64,000 bases of DNA, from positions 124,001-188,000 of the IMG/VR virus record IMGVR_UViG_3300042289_000986. One strand, given 5' to 3'. Shown piece after piece: positions 9,887 through 20,401 of the stretch. The notes under the pieces were generated by a model that had not been told where the DNA came from, made no database searches, and saw only the letters and a list, made by a program, of their open reading frames with translations. Every line of letters starts with the position of its first letter. The first letter of the stretch is position 1. Both the position numbers and the translations under genes were made by a program.

Positions 9887-10984
9887 TCAGCTTTCTTTAT
9901 TAAATTTTAGTTCGGTTTTAAGCTTTTCTTCTAGTTTTGGTAGAATTTTTGCCCAAACTTCATCATTATCTTTCCAATCTTTATAAAATCCTAAAATATC
10001 ATCACCTAAAACATGTCGGTGTCCTTGTTTAGTTAGGATTCCATAACCCTCTGCCATTTCCAATAGTCCAGAATATTTGGATATACCAGATTTGAAATTC
10101 AAATACATTTCACATTCTAAAAATGGAGGAACGAATCTATTTTTAGTAGTCAGTGCCCTCATTGTTAAACCATTAATATCTTTAGAAAGCGGAGTTGTAT
10201 CGTCTGTTGCATTTTTGTTATCAGATCTACTAACTCTTTCTTGTTTTGTTGCCATTTGAACTAAAACCGAAGACATGTATAACGGTCCTGATCCTCCCGA
10301 TTGACTTTTTACCAAAGTTGGATACAGAGCACCAGGATTATCATACGTGTGATTTGTAAAAACGATTGGCGTATTTGCCTTTGCAGCAGCATGTGTAATT
10401 GCTCTGAGCATACTTTTTAAAGAAACGGCTCTTGCTCCCATGTCTGCTGAATCTTTTCCATCTTCAATAACTTTAGCTTCTCTTGTAGAAATTAAATTAC
10501 CTAAAGAATCGATTGCGATGATTACTTTTCCTTGAAGTCCTTTTTCGACGACAGTTTTTAAAAATTTTACCATTTGATTTCTGCAATCTTCGATAATTTC
10601 GATTGGACAATGTTTAATTTTAGATGAATCGCATCCCAAATTTTCGGCTGTATCTTTATCTAGAGCATTTTCAGTATCAAAATAAACAACGTGCATACCC
10701 TTTTTTTGGGCATTTGCCATTATTTTGTTGACCATTAATGTTTTACCACATGCTTGTGGTCCTGCAAATCCCGTTATTCTACCAACAGGAATTCCGCCGT
10801 ATAAAGATCCAGATATAATGGCATTAAGTGCCATACAACCAGTATCAATCCAATCGGTTACTGTTGATAGACTGTTTTCGTCTAAAAAAGCAGCATCTGG
10901 ATTTAATTCATCCAATATTTTGAATGCATCATTAATATCTGCTGAACCAAAATCAGCTTCGTTTTCAACTTTTCTTTTAGGCAT
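9887..10984 (-). CDS. uvsX: RecA-like recombinase UvsX
   Basis: IDTGCMALN, GPQACGKT, YFDTE, IDSLGNL, ADMGARA, FTNHTY. Confidence 0.95.
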   Translation of the reverse strand: MPKRKVENEADFGSADINDAFKILDELNPDAAFLDENSLSTVTDWIDTGCMALNAIISGSLYGGIPVGRITGFAGPQACGKTLMVNKIMANAQKKGMHVVYFDTENALDKDTAENLGCDSSKIKHCPIEIIEDCRNQMVKFLKTVVEKGLQGKVIIAIDSLGNLISTREAKVIEDGKDSADMGARAVSLKSMLRAITHAAAKANTPIVFTNHTYDNPGALYPTLVKSQSGGSGPLYMSSVLVQMATKQERVSRSDNKNATDDTTPLSKDINGLTMRALTTKNRFVPPFLECEMYLNFKSGISKYSGLLEMAEGYGILTKQGHRHVLGDDILGFYKDWKDNDEVWAKILPKLEEKLKTELKFNKES

Positions 10985-10986
10985 AA

Positions 10987-11385
10987 TTATTCGTCAAAAA
11001 GGTTCACTACGCTATGAGGTTGTGCTGGTGCTGCTTGTTGTGGGGCAGCTTGAGCTTGTGGCGTAACAAACTGATTTTGTTTGTTAAACATTTGACTGTA
11101 TTGTGCTTGTAGTCTGAAATCGATTGCGTCAATGTCGTTAGACGTAATAACGCTATTTTTATAGAAGAACGTAACATCTCCCGTTTTATCGGCAAGAAAT
11201 TCTCTAAAAAAGATTGGCAATAATTGAATTGACATTTTTCCACCACCTGCGTCTACAACATGTAAGATTACTGGATTTGTAATCGCTGTAATATCACTGG
11301 TACTTTTTTCTTTGTTGTGTTGTCCTAACACAGTTCTTCCGAGAGTATCTAAAATAATTGTCAATTGGTTGTTTTCGTTATTCAT
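10987..11385 (-). CDS. Hypothetical protein
   Basis: ATG at 11385 behind a TTGATT-16-TATATT promoter; beta-rich N-terminal domain, Gln/Ala/Pro tail. Confidence 0.7.
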   Translation of the reverse strand: MNNENNQLTIILDTLGRTVLGQHNKEKSTSDITAITNPVILHVVDAGGGKMSIQLLPIFFREFLADKTGDVTFFYKNSVITSNDIDAIDFRLQAQYSQMFNKQNQFVTPQAQAAPQQAAPAQPHSVVNLFDE

Positions 11386-11392
11386 ATATAAT

Positions 11393-11420
11393 AATATAGC
11401 ATTGTTTGAAAAATAATCAA
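11393..11420 (-). promoter_or_regulatory. Sigma70-type promoter
   Basis: TTGATT-16-TATATT, 7 nt before the ATG. Confidence 0.5.
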
Positions 11421-11426
11421 GTATTT

Positions 11427-12071
11427 TTACCAATTTAAAGCATCAGAAACATTTGGAAATTTTGATTTAAAAATGTTTTTTATTTCTAATGCGATTTCAC
11501 GATGTTCTTTTTGTGTGTCTTGCGTAGCTCTTAAATCAATATAATGAATCCAAGATCTAATAGAACCCGACATATATAATGTGGTTTTTGTGTTAAGTGG
11601 TAATACCATTCTGGCACATTCTTTAGCTATTCCTCTATTAATAAGTTTGTTATACAAACTTAAACTTTGGTGCTGTATCGAATCAATTTCTTCTGACAGA
11701 TCTATATATTCTGAAATATCAACAGGTTCGTCTCCAACTTGGCGATTTGTTTTTCCTTGTTTTCTTAATTCGAAATGTTCTAAATCAGTTGCTGTGGAAT
11801 AACGTTGACTAAATTCTTGAAAAGAAAAACTACGATGTCTCAAAATTTGAGCAGCAATCGCTCTCGTTGTTTGAATTTCTATTGTAGCATGAACCATTTC
11901 AAATGGACTCCAATGTTTATGTTTAATCAGATAATTCAAAAGTTTTGGTGCGCTTTCCATGTTTAATTGGTTAGATGGGTTGCTTACTCTAGCACAATAT
12001 GTGATTAATTCTTCGGGGTTACTAATTCCAGTAATTAATGGATTTGTTATAGCTATTAGTTTTGTATTCAT
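11427..12071 (-). CDS. thyX: FAD-dependent thymidylate synthase
   Basis: ARVSNP, HWSPFE, RHRSFSFQEFSQRY signature, ARMVLP. Confidence 0.97.
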   Translation of the reverse strand: MNTKLIAITNPLITGISNPEELITYCARVSNPSNQLNMESAPKLLNYLIKHKHWSPFEMVHATIEIQTTRAIAAQILRHRSFSFQEFSQRYSTATDLEHFELRKQGKTNRQVGDEPVDISEYIDLSEEIDSIQHQSLSLYNKLINRGIAKECARMVLPLNTKTTLYMSGSIRSWIHYIDLRATQDTQKEHREIALEIKNIFKSKFPNVSDALNW

Positions 12072-14653
12072 ATATTTGATTTAGAAAGTAGTTCAATCAA
12101 GTCTGTTGCTTCTTCACAACCTACTGCTGGAGTAGGCCATCCGATTACTTGAAAAATTCTTGAAATTATTGGTGTAACATTTTTTTCAAACATAAGTTTG
12201 TAGTCTGGTTTAACGTATTGTATCAATTCTTTTGGATAAGAACTAAGAAAACCCATTGTTTCATATCCAAATTTATTTTTAGAACAGTAAAAAGTTTTAA
12301 TTTTTGCTCCACTGTTAATTGGTGGATATTTTTTGTTTAAATCTAGTTTTATCAAAGCATCATTAAAGTTAATTGAGCTTTTAACGTGGTTGGGTGTACC
12401 TTTACCAAAATTTCCATCTTTATCAGCCATGTCAGCATATTTGCTATAATTGTTTACTTTTTTTCTTAAAGCAATTTCCTCAACAGACATTTTACAAAAT
12501 CTTTCAAATCCTTTTTGAAAAAGACTAGTTGCAGTTTTTCTCTCCTTGGACATAATCGCAGTTTCAATTACCTCTTTAATTAAGTCTTTCACTTCTTTAG
12601 AATGCATAGCCTTTGCTACTTCCATTCCTTTATATTCAAATTCATTTGTTTTAACACCTTCTTTATCTAGAATATGTAAAATATAATATTTTTTCTTTTG
12701 AAGGAGAGCAACATCACAGATTTTTTCTCTTTTGAAAAAGTATCGGGGATCGTTTGAATTTAACTCTTTATTAGCCCACAAATTAATCTCATCATTTAAA
12801 TAGCTACCAATATTTTCAATTTCTTTTTTTGCTTCTTCTGTTATCTGATTTTTTTCATTAACCAATTTTATGTTTTTAAAATCAAAATACTTTTTAAAAC
12901 AAAAATAAACACTATCTGTATCTGAGTACACGCAAATTTCTTCTTTTTTGCAATCGAATCCTTGTGATAAAATATAATTGTGGACTATTGTTGCTCCCAT
13001 TTTGGCAACAGCTTGTCCAGTTAAGGTGATGCTTTTTGCGTGATCGATATCAAACAATGGTGAATATTCTTGAGAAAAAATACCATAAATAGAATTCAAA
13101 AATGTTTTGTACACATTAGAAAGAGTATCATTATCATTGATAGATTCTTCTAATTTTTTAATTTCTTTTTCATCTTTAGTCTTTCGAATTAATTTTTTGG
13201 CTTCTAACATTTTATTTTTAGCTGATACTCTTTCATTATAAAGTCGATCAATTAGATTTGGTATAATTCCTTTAAACTTTTGAGTATATAAAATATTAGC
13301 TTTAGTAATAGAAAGTTTTTCCTCTTTTATCAAAGTTTTAAATTTTTCATGGCTGAGTTTTACAACTTTATTGTTTGTCAAACGTATTTCAATTTCTTTT
13401 TCACCCAATTCTAAAATTTTTCCAATTTTAGTTTCAGGTGAAATATTTAAAGTTATGATGGTATTTGGATAAAGACTATTAGCATCATATGTTATCAAAT
13501 CTTCATAAAGACCAGGAATAGGTTCATAAACATAACCACCCGCAAAATTCTTTTTTTCGTTTTTAGTATTAAAAGTTGGTATGATTAAATTTTGCTTTAA
13601 TGCTTGATAAGCAACAGCACCAGTAATCATAGAAACCTTGCCCATAGATTTCTCTAAAGGGATAAATCCTCTATATGATAGATTTCGAACAAGCTTTAAA
13701 TATTTTAACTTTTTTTCAAGATTAATTAAAAGACGAACGTCTTGGATGTTATATTCAACAAACTTATACCAATCCGTATCAGCCAGTGTTGATAACGATG
13801 TTGTTTCGATAGCAATTTTAGACTCGTTCAATTCATACTCTGCTATATAATTTAAAGACATTGATTCTCTTTTTCCGCCACAAAGAGTCTCATAAAGCTC
13901 CATATAATCCAAAATGCTTATACCGTATATACTCCATCTGTTGATTGCTCTACCTAGCTTGTTCACTGCTACATTCTCTCTATAGTAGATATGATTAACT
14001 GGAGATAAATTTTTGTTATAATCGTCTTCGAATAAATTACTAAGACGATTCATGATATAGGGAATGTCGTAACCATGAACATTCCAACCTGTAACAAGGT
14101 CTGGTGGATCGCTTTTCCAAAATTTTACAAAAGATTTAAGCAAATCTTTCTCGTTCCTACATTTGATGTATACTATTGATTCATCTTGTGTATAAAAATC
14201 CTTTGTACCCCATGTATAATATTTTTCGCTTAAAGAATCATATATTGTTATAAGGTTTACTGGGTCTGTTGCCGATTCTGGTGTAGCAAAATGGTCTGTC
14301 GCATAGGTTTCAATATCCAAATAAAAAATTTTGAGTGGGTTTTGTCCAAAATTTGAATCATCAATTTTGTCTTTAAAATATTCTAATAAAAACTGTTGTT
14401 CGACATTAAGATTATAAAACAATCGATTAATGGGTGTATCTTTAACAAATCTATTTCTATCAAATTGTGTTTTAAAAGATTTTTTCTTTAAAGGCGTATT
14501 AAAAATTGACGTTGCATCATTGCCTTTTTCAGATTCAAGATACAAAAAAGGCTCAAATGGGATAATTCTTTCTGTTCTTTCTCCAACATCATCCCAAGTC
14601 CAAAGATGGACATTTGATGTTTTAATATCATAATAGATATTTCTATAACCCAT
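12068..14653 (-). CDS. 43: Family B DNA polymerase, gp43-like
   Basis: ExoI DIET, GWNVHGYD, YNIQD; polymerase motifs YDANSLYP, KTFLNSIYG, YSDTDS, KKKYY. Confidence 0.97.
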   Translation of the reverse strand: MGYRNIYYDIKTSNVHLWTWDDVGERTERIIPFEPFLYLESEKGNDATSIFNTPLKKKSFKTQFDRNRFVKDTPINRLFYNLNVEQQFLLEYFKDKIDDSNFGQNPLKIFYLDIETYATDHFATPESATDPVNLITIYDSLSEKYYTWGTKDFYTQDESIVYIKCRNEKDLLKSFVKFWKSDPPDLVTGWNVHGYDIPYIMNRLSNLFEDDYNKNLSPVNHIYYRENVAVNKLGRAINRWSIYGISILDYMELYETLCGGKRESMSLNYIAEYELNESKIAIETTSLSTLADTDWYKFVEYNIQDVRLLINLEKKLKYLKLVRNLSYRGFIPLEKSMGKVSMITGAVAYQALKQNLIIPTFNTKNEKKNFAGGYVYEPIPGLYEDLITYDANSLYPNTIITLNISPETKIGKILELGEKEIEIRLTNNKVVKLSHEKFKTLIKEEKLSITKANILYTQKFKGIIPNLIDRLYNERVSAKNKMLEAKKLIRKTKDEKEIKKLEESINDNDTLSNVYKTFLNSIYGIFSQEYSPLFDIDHAKSITLTGQAVAKMGATIVHNYILSQGFDCKKEEICVYSDTDSVYFCFKKYFDFKNIKLVNEKNQITEEAKKEIENIGSYLNDEINLWANKELNSNDPRYFFKREKICDVALLQKKKYYILHILDKEGVKTNEFEYKGMEVAKAMHSKEVKDLIKEVIETAIMSKERKTATSLFQKGFERFCKMSVEEIALRKKVNNYSKYADMADKDGNFGKGTPNHVKSSINFNDALIKLDLNKKYPPINSGAKIKTFYCSKNKFGYETMGFLSSYPKELIQYVKPDYKLMFEKNVTPIISRIFQVIGWPTPAVGCEEATDLIELLSKSNI

Positions 14654-14659
14654 TTAGAA

Positions 14660-14688
14660 ATATTACACTATTTTAAGAAATAAATCAA
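14660..14688 (-). promoter_or_regulatory. Sigma70-type promoter for the DNA polymerase
   Basis: TTGATT-17-TAATAT, 6 nt before the ATG. Confidence 0.6.
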
Positions 14689-16001
14689 GGAGTGTCTTGA
14701 TCTGGATTGTTTTTAATTAAATTTGGTGCCATCGCTTTTCTAGCAGCAGACCCCCAATCTGTAGTATACAATGCCTCATATTCACCGATATGATCTTCTA
14801 GCCAAAGATTTTCGGTAAATTTTCTAGCATTGTCAGATGCTCTCATGTAACGGTCAAAGTCGGATGTGATATGTTCTAATTGATCAATTAAATCACTACC
14901 AGAATCAAATTTATAATCTGCTTCTTCGTATGTACACATGTCTTGGTATGCACCAGGAAGACCTATGCCACCCGCTTCTACCATTTTGATGTTACTCTTT
15001 GATTTATTAAATGTATTGTTTTGTAAAGAGGCAAACGCAACGTTACATTTTGTATCTGACAATCCTTTAGGATAATCTGGTAATGGGGACCAATCAATAT
15101 ATTCCATTTCACCATTATCAATATATGGTTTAAGAACTAGTGGATAGCAGCCTTTCCATACAAATTTAAATTTTTTACGAGCTTTAATGATAGCATCAGT
15201 TACGTGTTTGAAGTCATCGTTAAGACCAGTTCTATTCAAAACGTCGATGTGCGTCCCAGAACCAGAATACAAAATTCTCGGTCTTTTTTTGTTTTTTTCA
15301 AAAAGTTTAATAATACGTTCTCTATCATAAAATCTATCAAGCCAGAATTTTGGAGGATAGTTTGGTATGACTGTGATTTTTTTATTACCAGTTTTTTCTT
15401 GGTAATATTCTTTCATGAATTTGCATGTGACTGTCATTTCGTCACACATGTTAATGATTTCCAAAATACTATCTATAATTTCTTGTTGGACGAATGCGTC
15501 TTTGCAACGATTGTAATCTGGAATATCGTCTTTGAAGACGATATCATCGACTTCATACAGTAATTTAAATCCCATTTGAGGACTTGCTTTTTTAAGTTCT
15601 GCAATGAATTGCTTTTGAATTGGGGTAGCTTGTCTTTGCATTCTAATAGCTTTTAATCCTTGGTAAAATCTCAAATCTAATACCATTGCTGTTAAGCCAC
15701 TTATGCACATTTTTTGATAGCCATTTAAAACAAATTCTGGCCAAATCATTCTCCAGAAACCGCAACCACCATAATCAGCATAATAGTTTAATGCTCTAGG
15801 AAGCTTTGTTTCTGGCATTTCTACTGGTGGAGGTTGTGGAACGTGTACGGCATTGAACGCAACGTGGCTATATTCTGGTGCTCCAATTGGTAATCCTTTC
15901 GGAGGGTTGGGAATACCCGTTTTCATCGGGCGATATTCAAAAACCAAATTATTTCCAGTATAACTAGGTTGTGGGCTTTGTTCTTTTAATTTTAATGCCA
16001 T
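14685..16001 (-). CDS. GT-B fold glycosyltransferase
   Basis: GGCGFWRM, YEVDDIVF, VIPN, YSGSGTH, FNKSKSNIKMVEAG. Confidence 0.8.
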   Translation of the reverse strand: MALKLKEQSPQPSYTGNNLVFEYRPMKTGIPNPPKGLPIGAPEYSHVAFNAVHVPQPPPVEMPETKLPRALNYYADYGGCGFWRMIWPEFVLNGYQKMCISGLTAMVLDLRFYQGLKAIRMQRQATPIQKQFIAELKKASPQMGFKLLYEVDDIVFKDDIPDYNRCKDAFVQQEIIDSILEIINMCDEMTVTCKFMKEYYQEKTGNKKITVIPNYPPKFWLDRFYDRERIIKLFEKNKKRPRILYSGSGTHIDVLNRTGLNDDFKHVTDAIIKARKKFKFVWKGCYPLVLKPYIDNGEMEYIDWSPLPDYPKGLSDTKCNVAFASLQNNTFNKSKSNIKMVEAGGIGLPGAYQDMCTYEEADYKFDSGSDLIDQLEHITSDFDRYMRASDNARKFTENLWLEDHIGEYEALYTTDWGSAARKAMAPNLIKNNPDQDTP

Positions 16002-16030
16002 AATAAAACTTAACTATAAATGTTTAGAAT

Positions 16031-17827
16031 TCAACTTAATAAACTTGTGACTCCTTTGCTTTTTTCTAAAAGCAAAACATTATCAACGTTTACCTTTGTG
16101 TGATTTTTATGAGATATAATATAAACTGATTCTTCGTATTTCTCAACTTTATTTTTTAATATCTCGATGATTTTTTCAATCCCATTATCATCAATAGCTG
16201 AATCAAACAGTTCATCATAAAAATTTAATGAAAAACTTGTTCCAGTGTGAAGTCGCAAAATATCTTGGAACATAAAAAGAATTGCAATATCAATTCTTTT
16301 ACGTTCTCCACCACTAAAATTAAAGTAAGAGCATTCTTTTCCTTTATCGTTAAAAATTGTTTCTTCAAACAGTTCATCAAATTCACATTTGCATGGTGCT
16401 TGTAGTTTTTTTAAATAAAAATTTAAACGCTGATTAAAAACATCTATTAATTTTTTGACAATATATGTTTTAATTCCTTCTTCTGATACAATATATTTTG
16501 CGGTATTTAAAACTTTTAATTTATTTTTAATGTTTTCCAACTCACTTTGCGTGTTATCAATATCTTTTTTACATTTTTTAATGTCAGAATCAAAATTTGA
16601 TTTTTCTATTTCAATTTTATTGATATCTTTTTTATAATCAGTGTTTTGTTTTTTAAGAGTTTGAATATTTTGTTCTTTTAAACGTAAAGATGTTATTTCT
16701 TCATTTGTCTTTTTTTGTTTATTTTGAATTTTTTTAATTCCATCTTCAATTTCTTTGAGTTTTTCTTGTAAAGATTCTATTTGATTGTTTAATTCTTGAA
16801 GATCTTTTTGTAAATTTTTAATTTCAATTTCTATTGTTTTAACACTTTGTTGGATGTGGTTAATATCTTCTTTACAGTATTCTCTATTGCATGTCGGGCA
16901 AATATTTCCTTTACTAAGAATTTTTTGTTTTTCTTTGTTTTTTTGATCAATTGATGATTCTATTTTTATTTTTTCTTTTGTTTTATTTGAAATATCAGTG
17001 TGTTGTGTTTTATAAAACTTTTCTAAAAATTTAAGTTTTTCGTTTAATTCAGCAATTTCATTTTTTAAATTATTTCCAGATTTGGTAGTTTCATTTTCAA
17101 GTTTATTTATTTGTTTTTGATTGATTTCTATTTTTTGTTGAAGTTCTTTAATTTTATTTTTTTTATTGCTTTCATCATTATTTTTTAATTTTTCAAGCAT
17201 TTCTAAATTTTTTTGATGATTTATAAAATTATTACTCAAAAGATCATTTTGTTTTTTGCATTCATTAAAATCTGATCTAGTTTTAAGGAGCATTTCTCCA
17301 AAAACGTTTAGTTGCAAAATGCCTTCTATGAATTTTCTTTTATCGACTTTTTTTTGAGCCATAAAAGGCAGTGTATTATTTGAGGACATAATAACTGCAT
17401 TGTTAAAAACTTCTTCGTTTGCTCCTATTAGATTTTTTATATATTCATCACTTTTGGGTAAAGTTGATGGTGTTTCATCTTTACCATCAGATATAATAGT
17501 TATTTTACTGGGATTTAAAACTCTGTTAATTTCGTAACTTTTTTTATTTTTTTCTGTATGAATATCAAACTTAATAACCACATTACATTCTTTATTATTT
17601 TGATTGTGTTGTATTTTTTCTTTTTTCAGATCTCTAAGAGTGTTCCCAAACAAACACCAGTATAATGCATCTGCTATTGTGCTTTTTCCTATTCCATTTT
17701 TCCCGCCAATGTCTTTGTTTTCTCCAGTTATTAAATTAATTCCTTTTTGAAACTTTATTTCTAATGGTTTATCACCAATAGATAAAAAATTTTGAATTTT
17801 TATAGAATTAAAAATTACTTTTTTCAT
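16031..17827 (-). CDS. 46: Recombination nuclease ATPase subunit, gp46/SbcC/Rad50-like
   Basis: NFLSIG, NGIGKST, CPTC zinc hook, FSGGE, YDELFD, IISH. Confidence 0.95.
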   Translation of the reverse strand: MKKVIFNSIKIQNFLSIGDKPLEIKFQKGINLITGENKDIGGKNGIGKSTIADALYWCLFGNTLRDLKKEKIQHNQNNKECNVVIKFDIHTEKNKKSYEINRVLNPSKITIISDGKDETPSTLPKSDEYIKNLIGANEEVFNNAVIMSSNNTLPFMAQKKVDKRKFIEGILQLNVFGEMLLKTRSDFNECKKQNDLLSNNFINHQKNLEMLEKLKNNDESNKKNKIKELQQKIEINQKQINKLENETTKSGNNLKNEIAELNEKLKFLEKFYKTQHTDISNKTKEKIKIESSIDQKNKEKQKILSKGNICPTCNREYCKEDINHIQQSVKTIEIEIKNLQKDLQELNNQIESLQEKLKEIEDGIKKIQNKQKKTNEEITSLRLKEQNIQTLKKQNTDYKKDINKIEIEKSNFDSDIKKCKKDIDNTQSELENIKNKLKVLNTAKYIVSEEGIKTYIVKKLIDVFNQRLNFYLKKLQAPCKCEFDELFEETIFNDKGKECSYFNFSGGERKRIDIAILFMFQDILRLHTGTSFSLNFYDELFDSAIDDNGIEKIIEILKNKVEKYEESVYIISHKNHTKVNVDNVLLLEKSKGVTSLLS

Positions 17828-17838
17828 TAAACTTTCTT

Positions 17839-17867
17839 ATAATACCAGATTTATAAGAAAAAATCAA
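17839..17867 (-). promoter_or_regulatory. Sigma70-type promoter for gp46, overlapped by a 10-bp inverted repeat
   Basis: TTGATT-17-TATTAT; TTTCTTATAA(17833-42)/TTATAAGAAA(17851-60). Confidence 0.55.
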
Positions 17868-17869
17868 TT

Positions 17870-18589
17870 TTAAAAAAACTTAAAGTTTGTATAAAAATTT
17901 GAATCATATAAGTAATGATTACGATCCTCGTCATCTGGAAGCTCGATAACTCTTGGTATGTTCAAAGATGTTGCCCAAGCTGAAGGGCCTGTTAAATTTC
18001 CAACATAACACTTACAACTGTTTAATTTTAAAAAAAATTCATAAAGAGACTCAACTTTTTTCATTGGTAAAAGATCTTTATATGCAAATTTTTCATATTG
18101 TTCCGAATCAAAACAAATAAAAATGCAATTTTTATGCTTTTCTATTATTTGTTTATAAATTTCGTCTTTTTGTGGATGTGCTTTTCTTATAGATCTATTG
18201 ATCAAAACTGTATCTTTCAAAGAATCGTCTTTTTCTGAAATTTTAATCCACGAATAATTTTTTGGTGTTGTTTCTTCATCAAAAAAAGTTTTAAAATATA
18301 AATCAATCCAAGATGTTTTATATAAAAGTGGTGAATTTCTAAAATTTATTAAATTGATATCAATTTTTTGGTTATTATATATTTGTAAAGAGTTAAACCA
18401 TTCTTGTTTTTTTAAAATTGGAATTAAATCTTTAACAGTAACATCTAGGGATTTTTCAAAAGTATCTCCATTATTCGAAATAAATAAGTCGGCTTTGCTG
18501 TTTGTTTTTTCCCAAACATATTTGCAAACACAAAGACCGTGGATAAAATCTCCCAACTTTCCACCGCCCAAATAACTTTTATTTTCCAT
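17870..18589 (-). CDS. GT9/heptosyltransferase-like glycosyltransferase
   Basis: N-terminal GKLGDFI; C-terminal YVGNLTGPSAWATSLNIP. Confidence 0.6.
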   Translation of the reverse strand: MENKSYLGGGKLGDFIHGLCVCKYVWEKTNSKADLFISNNGDTFEKSLDVTVKDLIPILKKQEWFNSLQIYNNQKIDINLINFRNSPLLYKTSWIDLYFKTFFDEETTPKNYSWIKISEKDDSLKDTVLINRSIRKAHPQKDEIYKQIIEKHKNCIFICFDSEQYEKFAYKDLLPMKKVESLYEFFLKLNSCKCYVGNLTGPSAWATSLNIPRVIELPDDEDRNHYLYDSNFYTNFKFF

Positions 18590-18830
18590 ACATTTTGGTT
18601 GATCCTTGTTTATAGAGTTTCTGAAGTTTTCCGCTTCCCACTATTTCATTTATTTTTTCGTCAATTTCTTGGATAAGATCTGTACGATAAGAATTAGCTA
18701 CGTTTGTGACTCTTGTTGCATCAGCAATTTGTTTGTCCGATGCATTTTTGTCACGTTTAATGTCTTCAGCCATCCATATTCTAATGTTTGTAATTGTTAG
18801 TTTATCAATAAGATTTCCGATTGTTTCCAT
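18579..18830 (-). CDS. DUF4254-like small helical protein
   Basis: ETIGNLIDKLTITNIRIW...N..RTDLIQEID. Confidence 0.65.
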   Translation of the reverse strand: METIGNLIDKLTITNIRIWMAEDIKRDKNASDKQIADATRVTNVANSYRTDLIQEIDEKINEIVGSGKLQKLYKQGSTKMYGK

Positions 18831-18831
18831 T

Positions 18832-19764
18832 TTATATAATCCTTTCTATCATATTTTTATAATCTGAGGTCATTCTTTCTGGACTCCATTCATTATAAAG
18901 CATTTTTACCTTTTCGCAATTATTTAAAAAAGGTTTTAAGCTATTACACTGTTCATAATAGCCCAAATGATCGTGTAAATGTCTATACATGTGCGTTGAA
19001 TTGACAGCTAGAGCTTTTTGGGAGCTAATCGCAAGATCTGCACTACCTCCAACTCCAACATATATATCAGGAGCATTATAAAAATAAACATTTAAATCAT
19101 TTTTTGATAAAAACCCAATAACATCTAATTCTGTTTCAAAATAATGATTTGTAATATTCAATTTTACATTATTTTTTGTAATTTTATTTTTCCAAGACTC
19201 AAAAATTAAAGTCTCATCTTTCCCCCCAAAAGTGGCTTTTGTTAAGTTCATGTTAATATTAACTTCATCAAATTCGTGGTGGACAATATCAATAATAACG
19301 TCAAACATTTTCCAAGGAGAGACGCTAAATCCGTGTGATCCTATATTCAAAACATTATCAATTTTGCTATTTTTATTTTCGTATCTTCTAATTGGTCGAA
19401 TGGTTGTATATTTTTTTGAACTGACAATTGGATTTGTGTCATCGTGTATGATCCAAGCATCAAAGGTATCATTGTAAAAATCTATATCAGAAGGCTTTAA
19501 AGGATCGTGTATAATTCCTATATGTTTAATTTTTCCAAATTTTGATAAAATTTCTCTATTAATGTAGGGCAATGTTGAACAATAGTAATTGTATAAAATT
19601 ACGTCAGGTTTATTTTGTTCTATAAATTGAAAATATTCTTCTTTTGAAGAAGATTCTACATATGTTATATCTAATATATTTTTATCTAAAAGTTCAAAGA
19701 TTCTTTTTCCTATTTCATATACACCACATTGCGATTTTTGGTGATTAATAAATAAAATTTTCAT
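18832..19764 (-). CDS. GT-B fold glycosyltransferase-like protein
   Basis: MKILFIN...CGVYE, IIHD, IGSHGF, NDLNVYFY, SADLAIS; start at 19764. Confidence 0.65.
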   Translation of the reverse strand: MKILFINHQKSQCGVYEIGKRIFELLDKNILDITYVESSSKEEYFQFIEQNKPDVILYNYYCSTLPYINREILSKFGKIKHIGIIHDPLKPSDIDFYNDTFDAWIIHDDTNPIVSSKKYTTIRPIRRYENKNSKIDNVLNIGSHGFSVSPWKMFDVIIDIVHHEFDEVNINMNLTKATFGGKDETLIFESWKNKITKNNVKLNITNHYFETELDVIGFLSKNDLNVYFYNAPDIYVGVGGSADLAISSQKALAVNSTHMYRHLHDHLGYYEQCNSLKPFLNNCEKVKMLYNEWSPERMTSDYKNMIERII

Positions 19765-19765
19765 G

Positions 19766-20401
19766 TTAGTTTTTAACAAAAAAATCATTAACAAATGATC
19801 TCTGCTCTTTTTTCCAACCTAAACCATTTAAATATGTTTCAACTTCTGGTGTATTATAGTTATTTTCTATTATCAACAATTTTATATTATAAGAATTAAC
19901 ATCAAAAGATTTTAAAACATCTAATTCATTACCTTCTGTATCTATAGATATAAAATCTATTTCATTATGATCAAAATGATTTTGAATACACCAATCTAAT
20001 CTTCTTGTTTGGATTTTTATGGTTTTTCTTTCTATATTTGAAAAATGTTTTTGTATATCATTAACCAAAACATCATCTACTTGTAAACCGCTCATAGCAG
20101 AATGTGGTTGATCTACATCTTTAATTGTAAAAAGCTCAAAATCTACTTCATCTTTATTTTCAGAAGAAATGGCAAAGTTTAAACAATTTTTTCTATTATT
20201 TTTGAGTTTATTAAAAGTTTCTAAAACAGGTTCAATACAAAGACAATCCCAACCATTTTTTTCAAAATGGTATGTGTTCGAATAATAAACACCGTCAGTA
20301 GCTCCTACTTCAATACATTTTCCATTTTGTTTGTCTGGAAAATATTGTCTTATAATTTGATCTACTTTTGGATCGAATTGACCATAAAACTCATTAATCA
20401 T
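19766..20401 (-). CDS. FkbM-family SAM methyltransferase
   Basis: IEVGATDG...SNT, CIEP, FISIDTEGNELDVL. Confidence 0.9.
   Translation of the reverse strand: MINEFYGQFDPKVDQIIRQYFPDKQNGKCIEVGATDGVYYSNTYHFEKNGWDCLCIEPVLETFNKLKNNRKNCLNFAISSENKDEVDFELFTIKDVDQPHSAMSGLQVDDVLVNDIQKHFSNIERKTIKIQTRRLDWCIQNHFDHNEIDFISIDTEGNELDVLKSFDVNSYNIKLLIIENNYNTPEVETYLNGLGWKKEQRSFVNDFFVKN

Noticed and set aside
11427-12071. Thymidylate-synthase-like base-modifying enzyme feeding DNA glycosylation
   Set aside because: It is a canonical ThyX. No dCMP/dUMP hydroxymethylase is visible in the window, so DNA hypermodification is unsupported here.
8440-14653. Inteins or introns in the helicase, UvsX or polymerase
   Set aside because: Lengths and motif spacing are normal, with no splicing motifs or interruptions.
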